From an uncultured Rickettsiales bacterium (GTDB lineage Bacteria > Myxococcota_A > UBA796 > UBA9615 > JAKLKC01), in assembly GCA_964426935.1 (NCBI GenBank), contig CAYRTW010000003.1:1-53452 (forward strand): a stretch of DNA of 53,452 bases, given 5' to 3'. The translations under genes were made by a program, and so were the position numbers. Positions within the stretch are counted from its first letter, which is position 1, and the number at the start of each line of letters is the position of its first letter. Below, piece by piece: positions 9,878-19,564 of the stretch. The notes under the pieces were generated by a model that worked only from the letters and a program-made list of their open reading frames with translations, did no database searches and was not told where the DNA came from.

Positions 9878-11277
9878 AGACCGGAGGCGCCTCCCGCTTT
9901 CATCGCGCTCGGCACATCCACTTTGTGGGGATCGGCGGCATCGGCATGAGCGGCATCGCTGAGGTCCTGCTCAACCTGGGCTACCAGGTCTCCGGGTCGG
10001 ATGCCAAGGCCAGTCCAGTCACCGAGCGCCTGGAGAGCCTGGGGGTTCGCATCGGCATTGGCCACGACCCAGGCCACGTGGAGGGGGCCCATGTGGTGGT
10101 CCGCTCCTCGGCGGTGAAGGCCGACAACCCGGAAGTGGAAGGGGCTCGGCGCCGGGGGATCCCGGTGATTCCCCGGGCGGAGATGCTGGCGGAATTGATG
10201 AGGATGAAGCAGGGGCTGGCCGTGGCGGGCACCCACGGAAAGACCACCACCACGTCCCTTCTGGCCACCTGCCTCGCTGCCGCTGGGATGGATCCCACCG
10301 TGGTGGTGGGGGGAAAGGTCAAGTCCCTGGATTCCAATGCCCGCCTGGGGCAGGGGGACTATCTGGTGGCGGAGGCGGATGAAAGCGATGGCTCCTTTCT
10401 GAAGCTGTCTCCTACCCTCGCCGTGGTCACCAACATCGATCCCGAGCATCTGGACCATTACGGTACCTTTGATGCCGTCAAAGACGCATTTTTGGCCTTC
10501 ATCAACAAGGTCCCCTTTTATGGCGCTGCGGTCCTGTGCATCGACCATCCGGTCATCCAGGGCCTCCTTCCCCATGTGGAGAAGAGGGCCCTGACCTACG
10601 GATTTTCTGCCCAGGCGGAGTTTCGAGGGGTGGATGTGCGTCTTGCCGGGCCCTGGTCCCATTTCCGGGTGCTGCATCACGGGGAGGAGCTCGGTGAGAT
10701 CACCCTTCACATGCCGGGGAGGCACAACGTCCAGAACGCCCTGGGGGTCATCGCTGTAGGGGTGGAACTGGACATCCCCTGGGAAGTGCTCCAGGAGGCT
10801 CTGCAAGGGTTCACCGGAGTAGGGCGTCGCTTTGAGGTCAAGGGGGAAGTGGCAGGGGTCATGGTGGTGGACGACTATGGCCATCATCCGGTGGAGATTC
10901 GGGCCACCCTGCGAGCGGCGCGGGAGGGATTTCCCCATCGCCTTCTGGTGGCCTTCCAACCTCATCGTTTCTCCCGGCTGCGGGATCTCTGGGAGGAGTT
11001 CCTGGGAGCCTTCGGGGACGCCGATTTCCTCCTGGTGGCGCCGGTGTACGCGGCGGGGGAGGGACCCATGGATGGAATCACTTCCGATGCCTTGGTGGAG
11101 TCCCTGCGTCAGAGGGGGAACCGGCAGGTGGAGGTGGTTCCCCGGAAGGAGTTGGCGGCGAGGCTTCAGGCGGTGGCCCGGGCCGGAGACATGGTGGTGA
11201 CTTTGGGGGCAGGGGATATCACCCTCGTGGGAGACGAACTTCTGGCCCGGCTGCGGGAGGAGGCAAAAAGCGGATGA
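9874..11277 (+). CDS. murC: UDP-N-acetylmuramate--L-alanine ligase
   Basis: [17 protein letters not shown] and [13 protein letters not shown] at 9874 overlaps the murG stop (ATGA). The tracked ORF from 9562 overlaps murG and is an over-extension. Confidence 0.9.
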   Translation: MKTGGASRFHRARHIHFVGIGGIGMSGIAEVLLNLGYQVSGSDAKASPVTERLESLGVRIGIGHDPGHVEGAHVVVRSSAVKADNPEVEGARRRGIPVIPRAEMLAELMRMKQGLAVAGTHGKTTTTSLLATCLAAAGMDPTVVVGGKVKSLDSNARLGQGDYLVAEADESDGSFLKLSPTLAVVTNIDPEHLDHYGTFDAVKDAFLAFINKVPFYGAAVLCIDHPVIQGLLPHVEKRALTYGFSAQAEFRGVDVRLAGPWSHFRVLHHGEELGEITLHMPGRHNVQNALGVIAVGVELDIPWEVLQEALQGFTGVGRRFEVKGEVAGVMVVDDYGHHPVEIRATLRAAREGFPHRLLVAFQPHRFSRLRDLWEEFLGAFGDADFLLVAPVYAAGEGPMDGITSDALVESLRQRGNRQVEVVPRKELAARLQAVARAGDMVVTLGAGDITLVGDELLARLREEAKSG

Positions 11278-12350
11278 CCTCCAAGCTGGACACCCTCCTC
11301 AAAGAGGAACTGCGGGGTCTGGCCCCCGGCGAGATTCGTTTTGACGAGCCCATGTCCCGTCACACTTCGTTTCGCATCGGCGGTCCGGCGGACGCCTGGG
11401 TCCGGGTGAAGGACGTGGATTCCCTGGCTCGCTTGCTTGCCTGGTGCCGCAAGAGTCGCCTTCCCACCACGTTTGTGGGAGGAGGCTGCAACCTCCTGGT
11501 GCGGGATGGGGGCGTTCCTGGCGTGGTGGTGACCTTGGGAGAGGGCTTTCGGGAGATTCGGCTCCTTCCTGCTTCCGGTGAAGAAGAGGGGAGAACCCTG
11601 GCCATCTCCCCCGAACCGCTGACCGAGTTCCTGGCAGATGCTGTGACCCGGTTTGAGGACTCGGAAGGGGCGGTCCGATCGGAAGCATTGGAGTCGTCCG
11701 ATTCCCTCTCCAAGGAGCCGGCCCGAGTGTGGGTGGGGGCGGGTGCCGCCGTTCCCGCCCTGCTGAAGTTCGCCACCCGAAGGGGCCTGGGAGGGGTGGA
11801 GGGATTGGCGGGAGTTCCCGGATCGGTGGGAGGCTCGCTGATGATGAACGCCGGCACCCGGGAGGGGGAGTTGTGCGCCCTGGTGGAGTCTCTGGACTGG
11901 CTGACCCCACGAGGCAAGGTGGAGAGGATTCCCCAGGCCAGCCTGCGCTATGAATATCGCCATCTTCACGTTCCTGAAGGTGTTTTCATCCTGTCCTGCG
12001 TTCTCTCCCTGAAGCCTCGACAGGTGGCCGACATCAAAAGGGACATCGAAGCCCTGGTGAGCTACCGCAAAAGCACCCAGCCAGGGGCGGTGCCGTCGGC
12101 GGGGTGCGTGTTCAAGAATCCTCCCCGGGGGGATCCTGCCGGCAAGCTCATCGATCAACTGGGGATGAAGGGCATTCGCATTCGAGGGGCACGGATTTCC
12201 GAGGTCCACGCCAACTACGTGGTCAACGAAGGGGGAGCCACCGCCAAAGATGTCCTGCTGCTGATGGAATACGTCCGGGATCGGGTACGCAAGGAGGCGG
12301 GGGTGGAACTGGCCGACGAAGTGAGAATCATCGGAAGGGACAGGCGGTGA
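11274..12350 (+). CDS. murB: UDP-N-acetylenolpyruvoylglucosamine reductase, with a ~50-aa acidic insertion
   Basis: [16 protein letters not shown]-like GVPGSVGG and SAGCVFKNP motifs. ATGA overlap with murC. Confidence 0.85.
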   Translation: MTSKLDTLLKEELRGLAPGEIRFDEPMSRHTSFRIGGPADAWVRVKDVDSLARLLAWCRKSRLPTTFVGGGCNLLVRDGGVPGVVVTLGEGFREIRLLPASGEEEGRTLAISPEPLTEFLADAVTRFEDSEGAVRSEALESSDSLSKEPARVWVGAGAAVPALLKFATRRGLGGVEGLAGVPGSVGGSLMMNAGTREGELCALVESLDWLTPRGKVERIPQASLRYEYRHLHVPEGVFILSCVLSLKPRQVADIKRDIEALVSYRKSTQPGAVPSAGCVFKNPPRGDPAGKLIDQLGMKGIRIRGARISEVHANYVVNEGGATAKDVLLLMEYVRDRVRKEAGVELADEVRIIGRDRR

Positions 12351-12404
12351 AGTAGATAAAAAGGTCAATCACAGCGCAATGTTGAAGGGATCGCGCCTTA
12401 CCCT

Positions 12405-12433
12405 TTGACAGCATGATCGCTCTTTCCCACAAT
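12405..12433 (+). promoter_or_regulatory. Sigma70-like promoter upstream of ddl (internal promoter of the division cluster)
   Basis: TTGACA (12405-12410), 17-nt spacer, CACAAT (12428-12433), inside the 100-nt murB-ddl gap. Confidence 0.45.
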
Positions 12434-12456
12434 GGCGCTCCTGGGGTGCGGTGGAC

Positions 12457-13398
12457 ATGTCTGACGTCAATCAAAAAACCAAGGTTGGGGTGCTCGTCGG
12501 TGGGATGAGCGCCGAGAGGCCCATCTCCCTGCGATCCGGAGCGGCGGTCCACCAGGCCCTGCTCAGCCGGGGCTATTCGGCGGTTTCCATCGACGTGGGA
12601 AGGGACCTTCCCCAGAGACTCCTGGAGGAGGGGATCGAGGCCGCCTTTGTGGCCCTGCACGGTCGATTCGGAGAGGACGGCTGCGTCCAAGGTCTCCTGG
12701 AGGTGATGGGCATCCCCTACACCGGGTGCGGGGTGGCGGCCTCTGCCCTCACCATGGACAAGGTGATGACCAAGAAGGTGTTGGAGGCGGCGGCCCTGCG
12801 GACTCCCCCCTGGATCCTGGTGGACACCCAGAAGGAAGGCTTCGCGGACGTTCTCCTGCCCTTCGACCCGCCGGTGGTGGTGAAGCCGGTGCAGGAGGGG
12901 TCCTCAGTGGGGACCACCATGGTGGATCGCCAGGAGGAGCTTCCCCAGGCCCTCTCCGACGCCGCCCCCTATGGCCGGGACGTGCTGGTGGAGAAGAGGA
13001 TTTCCGGTCCTGAGGTGACGGTGGCCGTGCTCTCCGGCAAGGCCCTGCCATCCGTGGAGATTCGCCCTCGGAATGGCTGGTACGACTGGCATCACAAGTA
13101 CACCACCGGGGCTACCGAGTATTTCTGTCCCGCCGAGCTTCCCCACCGGATGGAAGAGGAACTGGGCGGGATGGCGGAGCTGGCGGTGTTGGCCACCGGC
13201 TGCGAAGGGGCGGTGCGGGTGGACTTCATGATGGGGGGCGGCGCCCACCCGTTCATCATTGAGATCAACACCATTCCTGGAATGACCGAGACCAGCCTTC
13301 TGCCCAAGGCAGCGGCCCGAGCGGGAATGTCCTTTGCCGACCTGTGCGAGGAGATCCTGGTCTCGGCGCGGCTCAAGGTCGTGGCGCAGGGGAGGTAG
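12457..13398 (+). CDS. ddl: D-alanine--D-alanine ligase
   Basis: VLVGGMSAERPISLRSG N-terminus, ATP-grasp core and EINTIPGMT motif. TAG stop. Confidence 0.9.
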   Translation: MSDVNQKTKVGVLVGGMSAERPISLRSGAAVHQALLSRGYSAVSIDVGRDLPQRLLEEGIEAAFVALHGRFGEDGCVQGLLEVMGIPYTGCGVAASALTMDKVMTKKVLEAAALRTPPWILVDTQKEGFADVLLPFDPPVVVKPVQEGSSVGTTMVDRQEELPQALSDAAPYGRDVLVEKRISGPEVTVAVLSGKALPSVEIRPRNGWYDWHHKYTTGATEYFCPAELPHRMEEELGGMAELAVLATGCEGAVRVDFMMGGGAHPFIIEINTIPGMTETSLLPKAAARAGMSFADLCEEILVSARLKVVAQGR

Positions 13399-13400
13399 AC

Positions 13401-15263
13401 ATGGGACTTCTCGACAACCAGAGCATTCGTCAAAAGGAGAACCGGCGCCGGGGGGACACCTCCCGGGCTTCCTCCTCGACCACCGGGGAGAACCGCCGCC
13501 TTCGCTCACCCGATCCCTCTTCACCAGCAAGGGAGCCCCGGGACCTTCGTTCCCCCCATCCGTCGGCACCTTCCCACCCGGAAGAAAAGAAATCTGGGCC
13601 AGGGTTCTGGGAGAAGGTCTCCGGATGGCGGCCTTCCCTCGGGGACTCTTCAGGGTCGGAGCCGGAGGTCGGTCCACCCCAGGGGGCCCCCGGTCTCCCC
13701 TCCCCTGAAGGGTCCGGGAAGGTGTTGAGGATCCCCCGCTTTCGCGGTGTGGAGGAGGAGGGAGGCGGTCCTTCACCCTCTCCCCAGCGGTGGGCTTCCC
13801 GGGAGGCCTCCCCCGATCCCTCCATCGATCCTCAGGTTGAACCCGAGGAGTTTTCCTCCCCCAGGGAGAGGCCCCACGGCTCCTGGAGGAGTGTGGCCCG
13901 GGATCCTCGCCGTCGTCTGGACCCGGAGCTGAACCGCTGGAGCGACAACGCCCTTCGCCAATCCCAGGAGTTGTCCGTCACCGCTCGGCGGGCCATGCGA
14001 AAGGCGGTTCCGGTGGTGGGGGCCGCCGGCAAAGTGGCCGGAGCGGCTGCGGGCCATGCTGCCACCGCCTTTTCAGGAGCGGTGGTTTCTGGAGCCACCG
14101 TGGCGGCTCGGGGATCGGGGGACCTGGCCTTTGTCCTGGCGGAAACCCTGGCGACTCTGGGGATGGTCCTCCAGGCGTTTCTGGCTGCCCTGCTATTGGG
14201 AGTGGAGGCGACGGGGCGTTTTCTGGGATGGGCTCTCTCCTTCCTGGGTCGCCTGCTGGCCGCCCTTCCGGTGTTGCTGACCCAGGGGGGGGCAGCGGCG
14301 CGAATGGTGATGAAGCCGGTGGCCTCTCGGATGGAAGAGGCCGCCGGAATGGGCAAGGACCTTCTCCTCACCGAACTGGAAGACATGCGAGACGGCACCC
14401 CCGATCTGCGGGGAGTGTCGGTGGCGGTGTCTTCACAATGGGCCAGGTTGCAGGGTGCGGTGGCCCGGAGGCGATGGCTGCCCCGGGTGCAGGTCCCCAC
14501 TCCTCGACGGGCGTGGATGGCGGCGGCAGCGGGAGTGGTGATCTCCATGGCGGCGTCGCTGGTGGTGCTGGGGGGTAACGCCTTGTGGGAGTGGTCCCGT
14601 CATTCCCCCAGCCTGGTGGTGAAGATCATCGAAGTGGCCGGGGGCTCTCGCCTTTCTGACCAGGAGGTCCTCCGGGCCGCCCAGATCACTCCCGGTTCTC
14701 CCATCCTGGATGTCGATATTGATCAGGTGGGCCAGCGCCTTTCCGGGCATCCCTGGATACGCACCGCCCACGTCACCCGCCGTCTTCCTGATCGGGTCTA
14801 CATCGCCATTGAAGAGAGGGTGCCCCGCCTGCTCCTGGCCTCTTCCTCCCTCTGGCTGGTGGATGAGGATGGGCTGCCCTTTGTCACCACTGCGGAGGCG
14901 GGAGAGTTTGCCAGCCTCCCTGTGGTCACCGGGGTGACGGTGGAAAAGGGGGGCACGGTCGGGGAGGTGGAGAAGGAGAAACTCCGGGGCGCCATCGCCG
15001 TCGCTGCCGCCTTTGAAGGCCGAAAGCACTTGAACCCCAAGGATATCGGGGAGATCCGCATCGACGAGGCCGGGCGTTATCACGTCTACACCGCCCGCGA
15101 AGGCACCCTCCTCAGCCTGGGTCGGGAGGATCTTTCTCAGCGAATCGGCCGCCTGGACCTCCTCCTGGATAGGGGGAAGGTGAGCCTGACCGAGGTGGAA
15201 TCGGTGGATCTGGACCTTCGCAGCCGAGCCGTGGTCCGTCCCCGCAAGGGGTTGAAGGGATGA
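13401..15263 (+). CDS. ftsQ: Cell division protein FtsQ with a ~370-aa N-terminal extension
   Basis: ATG at 13401 lies 3 nt after the ddl stop, with GGAGG upstream. The C-terminal third has a TM segment (AWMAAAAGVVISMAASLVVLGG), then POTRA (VVKIIEVAGGSRLSDQEV) and the FtsQ beta domain. Located between ddl and ftsA. Confidence 0.8.
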   Translation: MGLLDNQSIRQKENRRRGDTSRASSSTTGENRRLRSPDPSSPAREPRDLRSPHPSAPSHPEEKKSGPGFWEKVSGWRPSLGDSSGSEPEVGPPQGAPGLPSPEGSGKVLRIPRFRGVEEEGGGPSPSPQRWASREASPDPSIDPQVEPEEFSSPRERPHGSWRSVARDPRRRLDPELNRWSDNALRQSQELSVTARRAMRKAVPVVGAAGKVAGAAAGHAATAFSGAVVSGATVAARGSGDLAFVLAETLATLGMVLQAFLAALLLGVEATGRFLGWALSFLGRLLAALPVLLTQGGAAARMVMKPVASRMEEAAGMGKDLLLTELEDMRDGTPDLRGVSVAVSSQWARLQGAVARRRWLPRVQVPTPRRAWMAAAAGVVISMAASLVVLGGNALWEWSRHSPSLVVKIIEVAGGSRLSDQEVLRAAQITPGSPILDVDIDQVGQRLSGHPWIRTAHVTRRLPDRVYIAIEERVPRLLLASSSLWLVDEDGLPFVTTAEAGEFASLPVVTGVTVEKGGTVGEVEKEKLRGAIAVAAAFEGRKHLNPKDIGEIRIDEAGRYHVYTAREGTLLSLGREDLSQRIGRLDLLLDRGKVSLTEVESVDLDLRSRAVVRPRKGLKG

Positions 15264-15269
15264 ATCGTC

Positions 15270-16496
15270 ATGGGTCGAAGTAACATCGTCGTCGGGCTGG
15301 ACATCGGCACCACCAAGGTCTCCGCCGTGGTGGGTGAGGAGTCGGAGAGGGGCCTGGACATCATTGGCCTGGGCACCCATCCCAGCGAAGGGCTGCGCAA
15401 GGGGGTGGTGGTCAACATCGACGCCACCGTGCAGAGCATCAGGGCAGCCATCGAAGAAGCAGAGCGAATGGCGGGCTGCGAGATCTCTTCGGTCTATGTG
15501 GGGATCGCCGGCGGTCACATTCGCTCCCTCAACAGCCAGGGGATGGTGGCCATCAAGGATCGGGAAGTGAGCGATCACGACGTTCAGAGGGTGCTGGAGA
15601 CCGCTCAGGCGGTGGCCATTCCCATGGACAGGGAGGTGATTCACATCATCCCCCAGGAATACGTCATCGACGATCAGGACGGTATCAAGCATCCCCAGGG
15701 GATGAGTGGGGTTCGGCTGCAGGCGCGAGTCCACATCGTCACCGCCGCCGTCGCCTCCGCCCAGAACATCATCAAGTGCTGCAACGCCGCCGGCCTCAAC
15801 GTAAAGGACATCGTTCTGGAACAGCTCGCTTCTGCCGCCGCCTGTCTCACCGATGATGAGAGGGAACTGGGGGTGATGCTGGTGGATGTGGGAGGAGGCA
15901 CCACCGATCTGGCCATCTACCGGCGGGGGGCGGTGATCCACTCCCATGTTCTGGCCTTGGGAGGGGATCACATCACCAACGACATCGCCTATGGCCTTCG
16001 CACTCCCACCGCCGCCGCCGAGGCCATCAAGAGGCGCCATGGAGTGGCCATGGCTTCTCTGCTGGAGGCGAACGAAGCATTCGAGGTCCCCTCGGTAGGA
16101 GGACACAAGTCTCGGGAAGCCAACCAGGCGATGCTGGCCCAGATCATCGAGCCTCGAGTTCAGGAGATGTTCGAGTAGGTGCTCCAGGAACTGCGAAGGG
16201 CCGATTCGGATGAACTCTTGCCGGCAGGGGTGGTACTGACCGGGGGAAGTGCTCAGCTCCCCGGGCTCCCGGAGGTGGCCGAAAGGGTGTTCGGCATGCC
16301 CGCCCGCCTGGGGCTTCCCCGGGGAGTGGGAGGGCTGACCGACGTGGTGGACAGCCCCACCCACTCCACCGGGGTGGGACTGGTCCTGTATGGCGCCGCC
16401 CACGACCGCACCGAGACCCGCTTCCGCATCCGTGAGGACAACATCTATGCCCGGGTCAAATCCCGGATGACCGACTGGCTAGCTGCGTTTTTTTGA
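15270..16496 (+). CDS. ftsA: Cell division protein FtsA, interrupted by an in-frame TAG at 16176-16178 (tracked as two ORFs, 15270-16178 and 16179-16496)
   Basis: Actin-like N-terminus VVGLDIGTTKVSAVV. After the TAG the same frame continues with VLTGGSAQLPGL and a C-terminal amphipathic helix MTDWLAAFF. Located between ftsQ and ftsZ. Confidence 0.85.
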
Positions 16497-16689
16497 TTCG
16501 GTGTATGTGGTTTGTATCAGTCTGTGTCCTCCGCTCGTTGGCGGTGGATTAGAAAAGTCACTGTAATTTCAATTGTTTGCCTTGTGGATGAGCCCGAGGC
16601 AGAAAAATAATCCTGCGGTCGGTGGATCCCTGTTCCGCCCCCGGCCGCAATCCCGTAAAGTGCGGCGTCCCGTTCGGGGAGAGTTGCTC

Positions 16690-17919
16690 ATGGGTATCGA
16701 ATTCGCTGACTCCCGTCCCACCCATCCTGGCGCCCGCATCAAAGTCATTGGTGTGGGAGGAGGGGGTGGGAACGCCATCAACACCATGGTGACCTCCGGC
16801 CTTCAGGGCGTGGAGTTCATCGCCACCAACACCGATTCCCAGGCCCTGGCCACCAGCCTGTCCCCCCTTCGTTTCCAGTTGGGGGAGAGCCTGACCAAGG
16901 GGCTGGGGGCGGGAGCCAAGCCGGGGATTGGCAAGGATGCGGCCCTGGAAAGCCGGGACGCCATCGCCGAGCTCCTGGCCGGGGCGGACATGGTGTTTGT
17001 CACTGCGGGAATGGGGGGAGGCACCGGCACCGGCGGGGCTCCAGTCATTGCTGAGGTGGCCCGGGAGATGGGGGCCCTCACCGTAGGAGTGGTCACCAAG
17101 CCCTTCCTCTTTGAGGGCAAGAAGCGTCGTTTGCAGGCGGAGCAAGGCCTGCGAGACCTCAAAGACGTTGTCGACACCCTCATCGTCATCCCCAACCAGC
17201 GTCTCCTGGCGGTGGTGGGGGACCAGACCACCATGCGGGATGCCTTCAAGCGGGTGGACGAGGTGCTCCTCCAAGCGGTAAAGGGGATTTCCGACCTGAT
17301 CACCGTGGGGGGCATCATCAACGTCGACTTTGCCGATGTTCGCACCATCATGAGCAACAAAGGACTGGCCCTGATGGGGGTGGGCAGCGCCAGCGGATCG
17401 ACCAAGGCGGTGGAAGCCGCTCAGCGAGCCATCTCTTCTCCCCTGTTGGACGAGGTCAGCATCACTGGGGCCACCGGGCTGCTCATCAACGTGACCGGCA
17501 ACTCGGACCTGAAGCTTTCCGAGGTGCAGGAAGCGGCCACCCTGATCCAGGAGGAAGCCCACGAAGAGGCGGAGATTATCTTCGGTTGGGTCATTGATGA
17601 CGCCATGGGGGATGAGGTGAGGGTGACGGTCATCGCCACCGGATTTCCTCCCGGGGATGAGGCCCGTGCCACTCCTCCGGCCCCCGGCATCGACCGTCTG
17701 CTGAAGCCCGCAGAAACCAAGGTGACCTCTGCCACTCCCTGGGCGGTGGTCAAGGACCCCTTGGAAGTCCCACCGGCGGTGCGGCGATCCCGGGCCAATG
17801 AGAGTCTGGATACCTCGCGCAGCCTTTCCCGGGATCCCAAGGCCCTGCTCAACGTGGAAAGCGAGCTGGATCTGACCGAGTTTGACCGGCCCACCTACAT
17901 TCGCAAGCTGGCGGACTAG
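16690..17919 (+). CDS. ftsZ: Cell division GTPase FtsZ
   Basis: [13 protein letters not shown] and the tubulin signature [16 protein letters not shown]-terminal conserved peptide [14 protein letters not shown] at 16690 follows GGGGAGAG. The tracked start at 16573 is an over-extension. Confidence 0.92.
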   Translation: MGIEFADSRPTHPGARIKVIGVGGGGGNAINTMVTSGLQGVEFIATNTDSQALATSLSPLRFQLGESLTKGLGAGAKPGIGKDAALESRDAIAELLAGADMVFVTAGMGGGTGTGGAPVIAEVAREMGALTVGVVTKPFLFEGKKRRLQAEQGLRDLKDVVDTLIVIPNQRLLAVVGDQTTMRDAFKRVDEVLLQAVKGISDLITVGGIINVDFADVRTIMSNKGLALMGVGSASGSTKAVEAAQRAISSPLLDEVSITGATGLLINVTGNSDLKLSEVQEAATLIQEEAHEEAEIIFGWVIDDAMGDEVRVTVIATGFPPGDEARATPPAPGIDRLLKPAETKVTSATPWAVVKDPLEVPPAVRRSRANESLDTSRSLSRDPKALLNVESELDLTEFDRPTYIRKLAD

Positions 17920-17989
17920 GCGTTCCCTTTCCCAGCCTCGCCTCTTCCATCCTCCGTCCCCTTTCATCCCTCGCCTTGCCTGCGGCGGA

Positions 17990-19564
17990 ATGGGGACGTG
18001 GTACCATCCTCCCGTGTCGTCCCCCTTGTCAGTCACCCAGGACCAACGCCGCGCAACCTCCCCCCAACGGGAATCGGGGAAGGGGCGTCTTTGTCCGACC
18101 TGGCTTCCTCTCGGGCGTATTCCCTTCTCCTCGTTCCTGCTGATCCTCGCCCTTCTTCCCCTCCTCCTGACGGCGGTTCCGGTGTGGGCTGAGGAGGATG
18201 TGGTGGAAGGTCCCTGCCCCGACGGATTCGTTGTGGTGGCGGGGAGAGGGGTGGATGGGGAGCTGGCTGCCCAGGTGGTCGCCTCGGCGGGGGTCCGGTT
18301 GGCGTCGTCGGGAGAGAACTCTCCCCCCTGGTGCCGATCCGTAGTGTCCCGGCAGGTGGACGCCCTTCCTGCCGACTGGCGCCCCTCGGCGCGGGCCCTT
18401 CTTCAAGCGGCGGAGAGGTTGAGCCCCGATTCGAAGGGGGAAGCTCCTCCTCTGGCCGCCCCTCGCATCGCTTCGCCAGTGCCCGCCTGGCTGGCGGTAG
18501 CCTCCTACGAATACGGCTCTGAGGCCAACAAGGGTCGTCTTTCCGTGTGGCTCTACCGACCGGGGGGAGGAGCTCCGCGCACCGACGCCCGAGTCTCTCG
18601 CCCTGATGGCCTTCGCCGGGTGGCTGCCGAGGTGCTGGGATGGGAGCTCTCCTCCCCTTGGGAAGGAGGAGTGGCCAGCGGAAGCCCGCCGGTGCTGCGC
18701 CTCTCCGCTCAGGGGGCTGCTTCCGATGCGGGTCTGGAGTCGTTCTTCCGAGTGCCACCGGGGGGAAGGGCCTCTTTCTCGGCATCGGAAAGCGGGGATC
18801 CGGATGGAGACTCCCTTTCTTTTCGATGGAACTGCACCGGGAAAAGCCTTCCCGAAGGGGGTGTCCAGGCCGAGGGAGCGGAATTCTCCCCGGACCTGGG
18901 GCCGGGATTCTATGGATGCGCCTTGGAGGCCTCCGATGGGGCTCACGTCTCTTCCCTCCCCTTTGCGGTCACGGTGGCCTCACGGGGAGATGTCGCCCCC
19001 ACTCTCAAGATTTCCCTGGGGGGTGGAGGCTGGGCAGGTGCCGTCCGGGGCAAGGGCTATACCCGCTATGAAACCGGCACCTTGTCCGGGTATCAAGTTC
19101 CCGCCTCCGCCATTCTCGCCTCCCCGGTGGGGGAAGGGCGCCTGGAGCTGGTCCTTCCCGGACGCTTCTTTTCAGTGGAGGGTTCAGCCCAGGTGGGGGT
19201 GGCACCGGGGAAGGGAGTGATGGCCACCTTCGGCGCCTCGGGCCGCTTGGCACTCCCCCTGCTGGTGGCTCCCCGCTCCGAGGCCCAGGTGGGTCTCCTG
19301 GGAGGATTCCTGGGAATCGCTGCCGGGGAAGAGGAGATCGCCACCGGGGCGTGGCTGCGGACCGGCTTCTTCGCCCAGGTGGCGGGTGCTGCCCAGCCTC
19401 GCTCGGCGGTCTGGGTTTCTCCCCGTTTGGAGGTGTGCCTGGCGGTTTCTCTGGCTTCTCCCGGGCAGGACTATACCTCACGAGATGGGGAGTATCGGGG
19501 CACCCGAGCCACCCTGGTGTGGGCCGCCTTGGCCATCGATATGGAATTGAGGCCCATTCGATGA
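17990..19564 (+). CDS. Secreted protein with a PKD-like domain and a beta-strand-rich C-terminus; paralog of the next gene. Start uncertain.
   Basis: Hydrophobic signal-like segment FLLILALLPLLLTAVPVWA. PKD-like DPDGDSLSFRWNC. C-terminal alternating hydrophobic pattern. Stop overlaps the next start (ATGA at 19561). Confidence 0.55.
   Translation: MGTWYHPPVSSPLSVTQDQRRATSPQRESGKGRLCPTWLPLGRIPFSSFLLILALLPLLLTAVPVWAEEDVVEGPCPDGFVVVAGRGVDGELAAQVVASAGVRLASSGENSPPWCRSVVSRQVDALPADWRPSARALLQAAERLSPDSKGEAPPLAAPRIASPVPAWLAVASYEYGSEANKGRLSVWLYRPGGGAPRTDARVSRPDGLRRVAAEVLGWELSSPWEGGVASGSPPVLRLSAQGAASDAGLESFFRVPPGGRASFSASESGDPDGDSLSFRWNCTGKSLPEGGVQAEGAEFSPDLGPGFYGCALEASDGAHVSSLPFAVTVASRGDVAPTLKISLGGGGWAGAVRGKGYTRYETGTLSGYQVPASAILASPVGEGRLELVLPGRFFSVEGSAQVGVAPGKGVMATFGASGRLALPLLVAPRSEAQVGLLGGFLGIAAGEEEIATGAWLRTGFFAQVAGAAQPRSAVWVSPRLEVCLAVSLASPGQDYTSRDGEYRGTRATLVWAALAIDMELRPIR

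Noticed and set aside
16176-16178. Genome-wide reassignment of TAG (for example to pyrrolysine or another sense reading) as the explanation for the ftsA TAG.
   Set aside because: TAG ends ddl (13396), ftsZ (17917), rpmF (32756), glyA (37308) and ribE (39558) at the expected protein C-termini. No pyl genes are visible. A local event or an error is more likely.
19244-19262. Sigma54-like TGGCAC-N5-CTGC element (TTGGCACTCCCCCTGCTGG).
   Set aside because: It lies inside a coding region with no downstream gene start. The -12 element is CTGC rather than TTGC. It is probably a chance match.
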